From: Candidatus Heimdallarchaeota archaeon
GTDB taxonomy: Archaea; Asgardarchaeota; Heimdallarchaeia; Heimdallarchaeales; Heimdallarchaeaceae
Assembly (NCBI GenBank): GCA_021399395.1
Contig: JAAFKJ010000120.1
Coordinates: 1 to 35,960 of the forward strand
DNA: 35,960 nt
Direction: 5' to 3'
The translations under genes were made by a program, and so were the position numbers. Under the pieces are notes generated by a model. It did no database searches. It had not been told where the DNA came from and worked only from the letters and a program-made list of their open reading frames with translations. Position 1 is the stretch's first letter; each line of letters opens with the position of its first letter. This document shows, piece by piece, positions 27,303 through 35,960 of this stretch.

Positions 27303-28418
27303 TTATATGGTCCTTAAACCGGCTCTATCGAAAACATAGATGCTTTCAGCATAAACAATTATCTGAATTGTTGATTTTCTTTCAAATTCCTTTATAGTTT
27401 TTGTTACAAAAACGATTCTCTCTTCATTAAAATTAAGTGTTAAAATCTGCTGGTCTAGAACTTTTTCAACGTCTTCTATTATACATTCAAGAATGAGCAT
27501 ATTTTCTTCAATAGGTCGTTCAGAATCTAGTTCTCTCACTAACTCTGCTCTGAATCCAATTTCACCCTCTTCCAAACTATTTCTTGATACTATTTCTTCT
27601 ACTGAATTTGGTAATTCTATTTTCTTATCATTGTTTAATATCAGATTCTTATCCTTTTTGTGGAAAGATAGGAAATTCATAGGAAAATTACCAATAAATT
27701 CCGCCACAAATCTATTTTTCGGATTATTATATAATTCATCAGGAGAACCAATTTGAACTATCTCACCTTCATTCAGTAGAACAATTATATCTCCCAAAGC
27801 CATAGCTTCTGATTGATCATGTGTAACATAAATCATAGTTCTGTTTATCATTCCATGTAGTGTTCTGATCCATGTTCGCATTTCGTATCTTAATCTAGCA
27901 TCTATATTACTTAGAGGTTCATCAAATAAGAATAAAACTGGTTCTCGGATCAATTCTCTACCTATTGCAACTCGCTGTTTTTCCCCTCCTGAAAGCTGAG
28001 AAGGATATTTGTTTGTGTGTTCTTCGATATGAAGTAGTTTCAAGGTTTCTTCTACCTTTGCTTTTATTTCTTCATCACTGTAAATTCTCTTTTTGAAGAT
28101 TTGACCTTCTCTTTGACTCTCTAAAGGAAATCTAAGATTTTCACGTACTGTCATGTGGGGAAAAAGAGGATAGTTTTGAAAAACCATTGCTATATTTCGT
28201 TTATTTGCTGGTTTCTGTGTGATATTATCCTCTCCAAAAAATATTTTTCCTTCTGAAGGATATAGAAGTCCTGCTATTAATCTAAGCAAGGTTGTTTTTC
28301 CACTACCAGAGGGACCTAATATTACAAGGAAACTACTGTCTGGTATCTCTAAATTTACCTTATTGAGAGCTATCTTCTCCCCATATCTTTTTGTTAGATT
28401 TTTTGTTGTTACCTTCAT
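27303..28418 (-). CDS. Carbohydrate ABC transporter ATP-binding subunit (MalK/UgpC-like)
   Basis: GPSGSGKT, AMVFQNY, LSGGEKQR, FLFDEPLSNID, YVTHDQ, C-terminal TOBE-like region. Confidence 0.95.
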   Translation of the reverse strand: MKVTTKNLTKRYGEKIALNKVNLEIPDSSFLVILGPSGSGKTTLLRLIAGLLYPSEGKIFFGEDNITQKPANKRNIAMVFQNYPLFPHMTVRENLRFPLESQREGQIFKKRIYSDEEIKAKVEETLKLLHIEEHTNKYPSQLSGGEKQRVAIGRELIREPVLFLFDEPLSNIDARLRYEMRTWIRTLHGMINRTMIYVTHDQSEAMALGDIIVLLNEGEIVQIGSPDELYNNPKNRFVAEFIGNFPMNFLSFHKKDKNLILNNDKKIELPNSVEEIVSRNSLEEGEIGFRAELVRELDSERPIEENMLILECIIEDVEKVLDQQILTLNFNEERIVFVTKTIKEFERKSTIQIIVYAESIYVFDRAGLRTI

Positions 28419-31400
28419 TTAAATCTCCCTAATATTTGTTGAACTGCCAAAACCACTTAGAAGATAATTTCTAAGGAATACAAAGATGATTAATAATGGA
28501 ATTACTACAAGGATAGAGGCTGCTGCAAACAATCCCCATTCAGGTGAACTTGACTCAATAGAACCCACAAACGTGAATATTTTTATCGGTAGAGTATATT
28601 TTGCTGGTGATTGTAAAAGAACAAAGGCTAATAGAAAACCATTCCAAGTTCTCAAGAAACTAAGAAGGAATGTTATTGCGATTGCAGGACCTGCTAAAGG
28701 TAATATTATCTTTCTTAAAACTCTGAACTTTGAGTTCCCCATTAATGTCGCAGATTCATCCAATTCTTTTGGTATAGAATCCATATACCCTTTTATTACC
28801 CAGAGAGCCAGAGGAATTGTATGTGTGCTGTAAGCTAGAATTATTCCAAAGTATGAGTCAATTAAACCCATATTATACATGATTAAAAAGAATGGAATTA
28901 GGGTCAAAATTCCTGTAAACATTTTTAGTGTAAAAACCCCGACCATAATCTCTTTTTTACCAGTGAAAGTATACCTAGAAAAAGCATATGCGGCCAGAGA
29001 AGTTAAACCAACACATAAGGTTGCAGATCCCAAGGAAATGAGCAATGAATTCAAGAAGTTTAAGTGAATTTGCTCTTGTGTAAATAATGAAGTAAAGTTC
29101 TCTAGAGTTGGATTATCTGGGAAAAATGATGTTGGAACCAGACTATCTCCTTTGGAAAAAGCAATCCAGAATATATTCCAAAGAGGTAAAAGAGTAACTA
29201 GCAAAATAGTAACTAAGAAGATAGTAATATTTCTGGGTTTTAAGATATTTTTTGCTAATTTCTGTATTTTGCTCTTATCAGAATCTGCTAAAGCAGTTAA
29301 ACCAAAACATAAGATTGCTGATCCCAGGAAAATGAGTAGTGGATTTAGGAAGTTTAGCTGAACTTGTTCTTGGGTGGATAACAGACTAAACCCAACATTG
29401 GAGAAATTATCCGGAGAAAAGATTATTGGTACCAAGCTACCTATGTTCGATAAAGCAATTCCGAATACATTCCAAAAGGGTAGAAGAGTAACTAGTAGAA
29501 TAACAATAAATAATATAGAATTAAATCGAGGTTTTGCGATATAATTTATCAGTTTCAGAATTTTGCTATTTAGGAACTCTATCCCTTTTTGATAGATCTT
29601 CGCTGCTCCTAATATATATGCTAATGAAAGTAAACTCAAGATAACAGTCCATCCCATAGGAACATTAGAGAATATAAATCCACACCAAAGTAGAGGCTGT
29701 AGAATAATTGCAGTCTTAAGTATGATTTTTGAAAAAAGACTGGCACATAATACTGTAACATAAACACCAAAAATCAACCACACTAACCATATATTTGCTT
29801 CTATCGTAAAAGCTGAAAGAAAGATGAAAATCGTTTGTAGAGTTACTATGACATGTAAAGGTGACAGTGTAATTAAATTCTGATCAATTTTATACAATAC
29901 ATTTTTGATCTTCTTAACTGCATTATTGGCAACAGTCTTAACCCTTTCAAGCAATTCTGGAAGAGTAAATGGGATTTTCGACAATTGAATATTTGATAGA
30001 ATATACATCTCTGCAACAATTATGAAAATATTCCAGTTGAATGCATACCACATCTGATAGAAGAAGAATTGCATTAAAGCCAGTATCAGATCAAGCAATA
30101 AAATATATCTCACCGTTTTGATGACTTGACTTTTGATCACGATACAAAAAATTGCCATAGTAAAATACAATCCTGCTAATATATAGTTTAAATAGGGATT
30201 CCAATAAATTCCAAAGTACCTGAACCCAAAGATTCCTGCTACAAGATATCCAATAGCTTGCAAGAAAAAGAGAACTATTATTATACTTCTATTCTTTGAA
30301 ACAGATTTTTTCTTTTCTGGATTGAATGTACTCTGTGTTCCCCTTGACATCTTTAACCATACCAAAACGAAAAAGAGCGTTAATAGACTCATAATTGTAG
30401 AGTATGCAGCTGCTATCCCGATATCTCTCCTCTCATAAAACATATAGAAAGTGAAAGTACTGAAAAGATCCGTAGCTCCAATTACACCAGCTTCGCTCGT
30501 ACCATATGATAATAATGGATAACCTTTCGTTAGTAAAAATGCTACATTGAAACTACCAAACGTTTTGATAATTTCGAGGATTATAGCTGGTAGTATAATA
30601 GGTTTGATTAAAGGAACAATTACCTTTCGTATTTTTGTTCCTTCAGAAATTTGGTCTATTTCTGCTAGGTCATTTATCTCCTTTGGTATGCTGCTTAAGC
30701 CACCTAAGAAGAGAGTAGTTATCAATGGTATTGAATCCCATACTTCCACAAAACAAGCTATAAACAACGTTGCATAAGGCTGTGTTAGAAGATTAAAATT
30801 GGTACCAAATAGAGTATTGAATAGAGACACACTTCCATTCCCGTGAATGAAGGTTCGCCAAGATAATATCTTGATGTATGATGGTATAGCCCATGGGATG
30901 TACAACATAAGATACCATAATTTTTTCCTTTTTACTTTGTACTGGATAATGTATGCTAAAATAAATCCCAAGATAATTTTCGCAACTATAATCAAAACAC
31001 TCCATACGAGGGTTGTGGTGAATGTTATGGGTAATTGAGGGTTTTCTGCAATGTGAGCATAATTATCAAACCCTGTTAATACAGGAGTTTCTCCTCGTTG
31101 TAAACTATAATCTGTAAAGGATAGAAAGATACCATAGAGTATGGGGTATACTTCCAATAGAACTAGTGCTAGGAGTGCTGGAAAAATAAAGATGTAGGCA
31201 ATCTTGTTGAAAGGAATATCTCTTTTAGCTATGAAAAAGAAGATAGCTACGAAAATAATGACAATGACTAATAACGATAATGAAGTTGCAAGTTTCGAAT
31301 ATTCCAAATTATCATCAAAACTTAAAAGAGTTTCAAATTGCTCAGATTCCCAGTATTGAACTTCAGATTCTGTGGTTATGAGGTAATCTCCTTGGTCAGA

Positions 31401-31880
31401 TGTTAAAGATACATTGACCAAATGAAGTGATATAGAATAAAGACTCGTAGGTTCAAGTCCTGTTATCCTAGTTTGAATAGTTTCTGCACCCTCATCTACA
31501 AGATATATTGAAAAATTCGAAGTCTGAAATTTTTGTGAGATGAATGTTTCATCCCCAATAGAGTAATTGACTTGAGAAAAATATTCTAGAGTTATATCTT
31601 GAGTGTCATTTAATATCACCATAGACCAAGTAAAGCTTTGATTTAGTGCAACATCATAGTAATCAATTCTGAAGCCATGGTAAATAGAAGAACTAGGACA
31701 AGTCCAATTAACTATAGCATATCTATCCCCTATTTCTATTAAGGAAGTTTCTTCAGATTGAGCGCTAACATTGTAATGATTTTGGAATAGCAGAGATACA
31801 AGCACAATACTGCCTATTATCAAAAACATAGACAGTTTCTTTTTAGCTATTTTTCTCTCTCTACTCCTATTACTATTCAT
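28419..31880 (-). CDS. Fused carbohydrate ABC permease (FN3-like domain + MalF-like + MalG-like)
   Basis: MalF-like FIFPALL...YPILYG...PWAIP; MalG-like IPKELDESA..MG...WNGF...YTLP; ATG 31880 overlaps the SBP stop (track start 31913). Confidence 0.9.
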   Translation of the reverse strand: MNSNRSRERKIAKKKLSMFLIIGSIVLVSLLFQNHYNVSAQSEETSLIEIGDRYAIVNWTCPSSSIYHGFRIDYYDVALNQSFTWSMVILNDTQDITLEYFSQVNYSIGDETFISQKFQTSNFSIYLVDEGAETIQTRITGLEPTSLYSISLHLVNVSLTSDQGDYLITTESEVQYWESEQFETLLSFDDNLEYSKLATSLSLLVIVIIFVAIFFFIAKRDIPFNKIAYIFIFPALLALVLLEVYPILYGIFLSFTDYSLQRGETPVLTGFDNYAHIAENPQLPITFTTTLVWSVLIIVAKIILGFILAYIIQYKVKRKKLWYLMLYIPWAIPSYIKILSWRTFIHGNGSVSLFNTLFGTNFNLLTQPYATLFIACFVEVWDSIPLITTLFLGGLSSIPKEINDLAEIDQISEGTKIRKVIVPLIKPIILPAIILEIIKTFGSFNVAFLLTKGYPLLSYGTSEAGVIGATDLFSTFTFYMFYERRDIGIAAAYSTIMSLLTLFFVLVWLKMSRGTQSTFNPEKKKSVSKNRSIIIVLFFLQAIGYLVAGIFGFRYFGIYWNPYLNYILAGLYFTMAIFCIVIKSQVIKTVRYILLLDLILALMQFFFYQMWYAFNWNIFIIVAEMYILSNIQLSKIPFTLPELLERVKTVANNAVKKIKNVLYKIDQNLITLSPLHVIVTLQTIFIFLSAFTIEANIWLVWLIFGVYVTVLCASLFSKIILKTAIILQPLLWCGFIFSNVPMGWTVILSLLSLAYILGAAKIYQKGIEFLNSKILKLINYIAKPRFNSILFIVILLVTLLPFWNVFGIALSNIGSLVPIIFSPDNFSNVGFSLLSTQEQVQLNFLNPLLIFLGSAILCFGLTALADSDKSKIQKLAKNILKPRNITIFLVTILLVTLLPLWNIFWIAFSKGDSLVPTSFFPDNPTLENFTSLFTQEQIHLNFLNSLLISLGSATLCVGLTSLAAYAFSRYTFTGKKEIMVGVFTLKMFTGILTLIPFFLIMYNMGLIDSYFGIILAYSTHTIPLALWVIKGYMDSIPKELDESATLMGNSKFRVLRKIILPLAGPAIAITFLLSFLRTWNGFLLAFVLLQSPAKYTLPIKIFTFVGSIESSSPEWGLFAAASILVVIPLLIIFVFLRNYLLSGFGSSTNIREI
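28992..29534 (-). repeat. Intragenic tandem duplication (two copies of about 249 bp, 294-bp period)
   Basis: 29286-29534 and 28992-29240 encode KPR...ILLVTLLP.WN.F.IA.S...SLVP...PDN...TQEQ..LNFLN.LLI.LGSA.LC.GLT.LA twice; similarity is visible at DNA level. Confidence 0.9.
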
Positions 31881-33138
31881 CTTTATTTGCCTCAATATTC
31901 TGCTGAGCTTCATCTAATGTTGCCTGTATATCTTGATGATCTAATAAGATGAAGTTCAAAGCTGCTCTCATAAATTCTGAGTAAATTATGTAATAAGGGT
32001 CGAGGGGGTAATATTGACTATATTCTATTTGTTTCATTTGTTTGAGAATTAAAGGTTCATCCTGAACCAAAGGAGAACTTTCAAGTTCTTTCAAAGTTGG
32101 TACCTTATATTCCTCTGTCAATAGATTTTCTTGAACAGATGCTGAAGTTAAAAATCTTACAATGTCATAGCAAATATCTGGATTTTGTGTATCTTTTGAC
32201 ATACCCCACCCTTTAACTTCAACCATAGGTGTAATCCTCTGGTTTGTAGACGAGATTGTAGGTAAAACCTCTACTCCATAATTTACATCAAGTTCATTTA
32301 AAGCTGGAATATACCACCCTCCATAAATTAACATCCCTGCTTTATCGGTGGAAAAAGCCTGTGTTGCAGAACTGCTACTATCGTCGTATTTAACACATCT
32401 GTGAGTATATTTGAGGTCGTAGATATACTCTAGAGAATTGACAGAAGCAGTGTCATTTACTACAATATCACCTCCTTGGTATAATGGCCCATGATCAAAT
32501 CCATATTGAAAAGCAGGCCACATATATGGTGAAATGGTGGCCCAAGAAAGGCCGTAAACATCTTCTGGTCTATTGGTTAGATTAAGAGCAGTTTCCAATA
32601 ATTCTACACTTGTCCAATTTTCTTGTGGATAAGACTGAGCATTATTATCAAATAGATCTTTGTTATAGAAAAGTAGGATAGAATCAAACCAAAGAGGAAG
32701 ACCCCATAATTCATTATTATAACTCAACCCATTAATCCCAGAAGTAATGTATTCGGCTTCTTCTGATGGGGTGAGGAAATTAGTTAAGGACTGGATATAA
32801 CCTAGTTCAGCAAGTTCACCAAACCAAGATCCTTTAGCGAGAAAAATATCCGGAGCGTTCCCCGTTTGCGCGACATTGATGAATTTATCAATCCAACTTG
32901 ATGATGGTTGTTCAATAAAATTAATACTAATAGAAGGATTGCGAAGCTCATATTCTGCAATTGCTTCTCCAATAACATCTCCCCCTTCATACGTGTACCA
33001 TAATTCTATTACAATCTCATTGTCTCTTTGATTATAAAAACTGAAAAAAATCGCAGGAACTATCAAACTTAGTATTAGAACTGCAACTAGTGTTATTTTC
33101 AGATATTTTGAAACCATATCATGATTCACTTCTTTCAT
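31873..33138 (-). CDS. Sugar ABC transporter substrate-binding protein (SBP family 1, MalE-like)
   Basis: N-terminal TM anchor, IELW, GNAPDIF, LWGLP, LFYNKDLF, GKA-like DKAGMLIYGGW; alternative start 33117. Confidence 0.92.
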   Translation of the reverse strand: MKEVNHDMVSKYLKITLVAVLILSLIVPAIFFSFYNQRDNEIVIELWYTYEGGDVIGEAIAEYELRNPSISINFIEQPSSSWIDKFINVAQTGNAPDIFLAKGSWFGELAELGYIQSLTNFLTPSEEAEYITSGINGLSYNNELWGLPLWFDSILLFYNKDLFDNNAQSYPQENWTSVELLETALNLTNRPEDVYGLSWATISPYMWPAFQYGFDHGPLYQGGDIVVNDTASVNSLEYIYDLKYTHRCVKYDDSSSSATQAFSTDKAGMLIYGGWYIPALNELDVNYGVEVLPTISSTNQRITPMVEVKGWGMSKDTQNPDICYDIVRFLTSASVQENLLTEEYKVPTLKELESSPLVQDEPLILKQMKQIEYSQYYPLDPYYIIYSEFMRAALNFILLDHQDIQATLDEAQQNIEANKDE

Positions 33139-33276
33139 TGAAAACTTTCTAATGAACGATAAAAGAAGAATTATTTAATCAATGTTTTGCATAGAACATG
33201 ACAGATATCTTTCATAAATACTTTAGAACTTGGGCTCTAGCAAAAATTTAAAACTATTATAATAGATTTACAATCA

Positions 33277-34293
33277 ATGAGCTTAAAGACAAAAATTCTG
33301 TTAGGGGTAATCTCACTTTTAGTCTTAACTGGAATAGGTTTAGGAGTCTATTTTGGTGCTTTTTATGCGCCTAATGGAGAACCTGACCCTGACCCTGACC
33401 CTGACCCTGTAGTTCTTACTATTTATGGTGATAATTCTGAAGCTAATTTTACATTAACTGAGTTGAAAAGTCTAGCAAATGTTACAGGATATGCTGGTTA
33501 CAGAAAATCTACTGGAACTATTGTGGGACCTAATTTATTCAAAGGTGTCTTATTAACGAATTTAATTGCAGAAGTTGGAGGTCTTTCAGCTGGTGAGGAA
33601 CTTGAGGTCATATCAGGTGATCAATACAAAGTAACGTTCACAAACGCAATGATTAATGGTCAATTTCCTGCATATGATAACATAACCGGGGATTATCTAG
33701 GTATCAAAGATTTTAGAGTTATTGTAGCTTATGAAATGGATGGACAGAAACTTTCTACTTCAGATGGTGTTTTAAGAATTGCTTGTTTAGCCGAAGAAGG
33801 TGAGGGTTACCTGTCAGATGGATCACCTTGGGTGAAAGATGTTCAAACAATTAAAGTAATCTCTTCAGCTTCATGGAATGTTTTTCTTTATGGGGCAATC
33901 AATGATAGTATAGACAAAGCAACGTTTGAAGCTTTCATGTATATGAATGATGAAGCCAATTTACTTGTTTATCAATTACTAGAAGATGGCAGAACCAATA
34001 CTTATGAGGGTTTAGCCCTTTGGAGAATATTGGCACTTTTTGATGATGATGATCCTTACACATTCAATGAAACACTTGCTTCAAATGGATATTCAATAAT
34101 TCTGAAGAATGCTCTGAATGAGAGTATAATACTTGATTCTACAGCTGTTTCTTTGAATGAGAGTTTTATTCTAGCTGCTAAGAAAAATGCTATATTTTTG
34201 TCTGACGATCTAGCACCATTAATACTAGTTGGTCCAGGTATTTCTGAGATGCAAATGATTAATGGGATAGACAGAATTGATCTTGAATTCTAA
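33277..34293 (+). CDS. Membrane-anchored protein with two sulfite-oxidase-like (Oxidored_molyb) domains
   Basis: TM anchor, PD linker, then FTLTEL...FKGVLL...GDQY...IVAYEMDG...LR...WVK; second copy YEGLALW...ILA...APLIL. Confidence 0.65.
   Translation: MSLKTKILLGVISLLVLTGIGLGVYFGAFYAPNGEPDPDPDPDPVVLTIYGDNSEANFTLTELKSLANVTGYAGYRKSTGTIVGPNLFKGVLLTNLIAEVGGLSAGEELEVISGDQYKVTFTNAMINGQFPAYDNITGDYLGIKDFRVIVAYEMDGQKLSTSDGVLRIACLAEEGEGYLSDGSPWVKDVQTIKVISSASWNVFLYGAINDSIDKATFEAFMYMNDEANLLVYQLLEDGRTNTYEGLALWRILALFDDDDPYTFNETLASNGYSIILKNALNESIILDSTAVSLNESFILAAKKNAIFLSDDLAPLILVGPGISEMQMINGIDRIDLEF
33382..33408 (+). repeat. Perfect hexanucleotide tandem repeat (CCTGAC)4-CCT encoding a Pro-Asp linker
   Basis: cctgaccctgaccctgaccctgaccct read directly. 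Confidence 0.95.
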
Positions 34294-34461
34294 TCAGTTT
34301 TCTAAATCTATTCTTCATTTTAATAATACAACTTATTAGCAATAATAAACTTAATAATCAGATATGAAAAAAATTGAAACGAGCAAAGCTTCTTTTAGAA
34401 GTTTAATTAATCTGGTTCTTTATATAACCAAAACAAATAACTAATATTGAGTGGGAAAAGA

Positions 34462-35960
34462 GTGACTGAGAGTTTTTCCAATAACGTTACCGGTGAATTT
34501 TACGACGAGGTTATGGATAAATATAGTAAGAAAAGTAACCTCAAATGGGTTCTTAGTCATGTTTTGGCTCACAAAGGAATGATTGCACTGTTTTTTGTAT
34601 TCGCAACAGTAGGTGCAGCAGTTGGAGCAATATCCCCCTTGATTCTCGGAAATCTCATTAATGAGATTCTTCTACCATCTGGAACATGGGAAAGAATAAC
34701 TTATCTTGCTTTCATTCTATTAATACTAACAATAGTGGGTGGTTTGGGAAGTTTCGCCTCTGGCTTGATTATTGAGGTGACATCTCAACGAGTAGAGAGA
34801 GATATAAGAAATGAATACTACGCTTCAATGCTCTCAAAATCAATGACTTTTCATGATGAAGTGAAAGCTGGAGATGTGATGGCTAGAGCAACATTTGATA
34901 CAAGAATGGTAAACTTTTTTGTAAATCCAGTTATTCATCTAGCATATGCAGCAATTTTTGGAGTATTATTTGCAGTAGGAATAATGTTTTTCATAACTCC
35001 ATATTGGTACGGAATGCCAGTGTTAATTATTATTCCAATTATAATTTCAATTCCAATTTTCTTCTTTGCACGAGGATTCTATAAATCAGTTGGACCTATA
35101 TCTATGCAGATCCAACAATCTTATTCCAACCTATCTGCTTATTTACAAGAGAAATTACTAGGTATAAGTGTAATCAAAATCTTTGCTAGAGAACCTTTTG
35201 AGAGAGTTTCATTTAGAGAAAAGAATAATAAATTGTCTGAAGAGATTATTACTAGAGGAAAACTAAGATCAAGATATTTTCCTGTTTTGTTTGTTGGTTT
35301 AGGTGTAGGGCTTTCAGTTCTATGGGGAAGTCTGTTAATCAGTTGGGGAATAGGAAATCCTGTAACCCAAGTTGCTTGGAGTTTAAGTGCTCTTGAAGTA
35401 GGTGGAGTGGCAGTAGCAAGTTTTGGAATAGGCGAATTAATAACCTATTCGCTATTAGCTGGAAATCTATTCTTCCCCGTATGGGTGATGTCTTGGATGC
35501 TTGTACTAATCCAGATGGGATTTGCAGGTGCTAGCAGAATCGTCGATATTCTAACTAAAGAAACAATCATACCTGCTCCCGAAAAACCTGTAATTCTAGA
35601 TGCTGTTAAGGGAGATATTAGTTTCTCTGATGTTACATTTTCATATGATAATAATGTGAAAGTTGTGAAGAACGTTTCATTCAATGTCCCTGCTGGTAGT
35701 AGAATAGCAGTCGTTGGTCCAGCAGGTTGTGGAAAAACTACGATAATGAAGTTGCTAACTAGGCTCTATGATGTTGATTCAGGGAGTATTCAAATTGATG
35801 GAGTGGATATTAGAGAATTGTCTCTAGATACAATTCGAAGAAACGTAGGTGTAATTGAGCAAGATATAGTCTTATTTTCTGCAACAATTCAAGAGAACAT
35901 ATCCTATGGTAAGCCTGAAGCTACAGATGAAGAAGTATTTGCAGCTGCAAGGATGGCTCA
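34462..35960 (+). CDS. ABC exporter, fused permease/ATPase (MsbA/MdlB-like), truncated by the window edge
   Basis: Absent from the ORF track because it has no stop in the window; open frame from GTG 34462 (or ATG 34513) with TM helices, GDVMARATFD, Walker A GPAGCGKT near 35716, IDGVDI, Q-loop, TIQENISYG. Confidence 0.92.
   Translation, partial: MTESFSNNVTGEFYDEVMDKYSKKSNLKWVLSHVLAHKGMIALFFVFATVGAAVGAISPLILGNLINEILLPSGTWERITYLAFILLILTIVGGLGSFASGLIIEVTSQRVERDIRNEYYASMLSKSMTFHDEVKAGDVMARATFDTRMVNFFVNPVIHLAYAAIFGVLFAVGIMFFITPYWYGMPVLIIIPIIISIPIFFFARGFYKSVGPISMQIQQSYSNLSAYLQEKLLGISVIKIFAREPFERVSFREKNNKLSEEIITRGKLRSRYFPVLFVGLGVGLSVLWGSLLISWGIGNPVTQVAWSLSALEVGGVAVASFGIGELITYSLLAGNLFFPVWVMSWMLVLIQMGFAGASRIVDILTKETIIPAPEKPVILDAVKGDISFSDVTFSYDNNVKVVKNVSFNVPAGSRIAVVGPAGCGKTTIMKLLTRLYDVDSGSIQIDGVDIRELSLDTIRRNVGVIEQDIVLFSATIQENISYGKPEATDEEVFAAARMA

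Noticed and set aside
35445-35684. 79-aa minus-strand ORF
   Set aside because: Antisense to the ABC exporter that runs off the window end
34462-35960. Apparent 1.6-kb non-coding gap in the ORF track, or a pseudogene
   Set aside because: It is a continuous open frame lacking only its stop because of the window boundary

Overview
AT-rich, gene-dense chromosomal window of an archaeon. Evidence for archaea: GGTGA ribosome-binding sites, oligo-T terminators, type II MetAP, DUF61 and a TrmB-type wHTH. The added bacterial-type DnaK/DnaJ and class I GAPDH, a giant multi-PAS protein and giant helical proteins suggest Asgard archaea, possibly Heimdallarchaeia; this is inference only. Housekeeping content: dnaK-dnaJ (no adjacent grpE), map, gap, rocD, a CaCA antiporter, a sugar ABC importer and a partial ABC exporter at the right edge. 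The most unusual element is a tightly coupled three-gene operon (9032-16051). It encodes (i) a STAND-like P-loop ATPase with SNAP/TPR-like helical repeats, (ii) a proline-free 484-aa protein built of 11-residue amphipathic repeats, and (iii) a 1257-aa TrmB/TrmBL2-like protein whose wHTH and C-terminal domains are separated by about 1040 residues of hendecad helix with a Gly/Pro break at its midpoint. A divergent wHTH gene and a palindrome-rich promoter lie upstream. Other oddities: an 11-PAS sensor with a His-to-Asp H-box and no kinase domain, an FN3-MalF-MalG fusion permease with a 294-bp-period internal duplication, a creatinase-like M24 enzyme, and a candidate heat-shock operator before dnaK. 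I saw no rRNA, tRNA, CRISPR array or mobile element. All calls come from reading motifs by eye; no searches were run.
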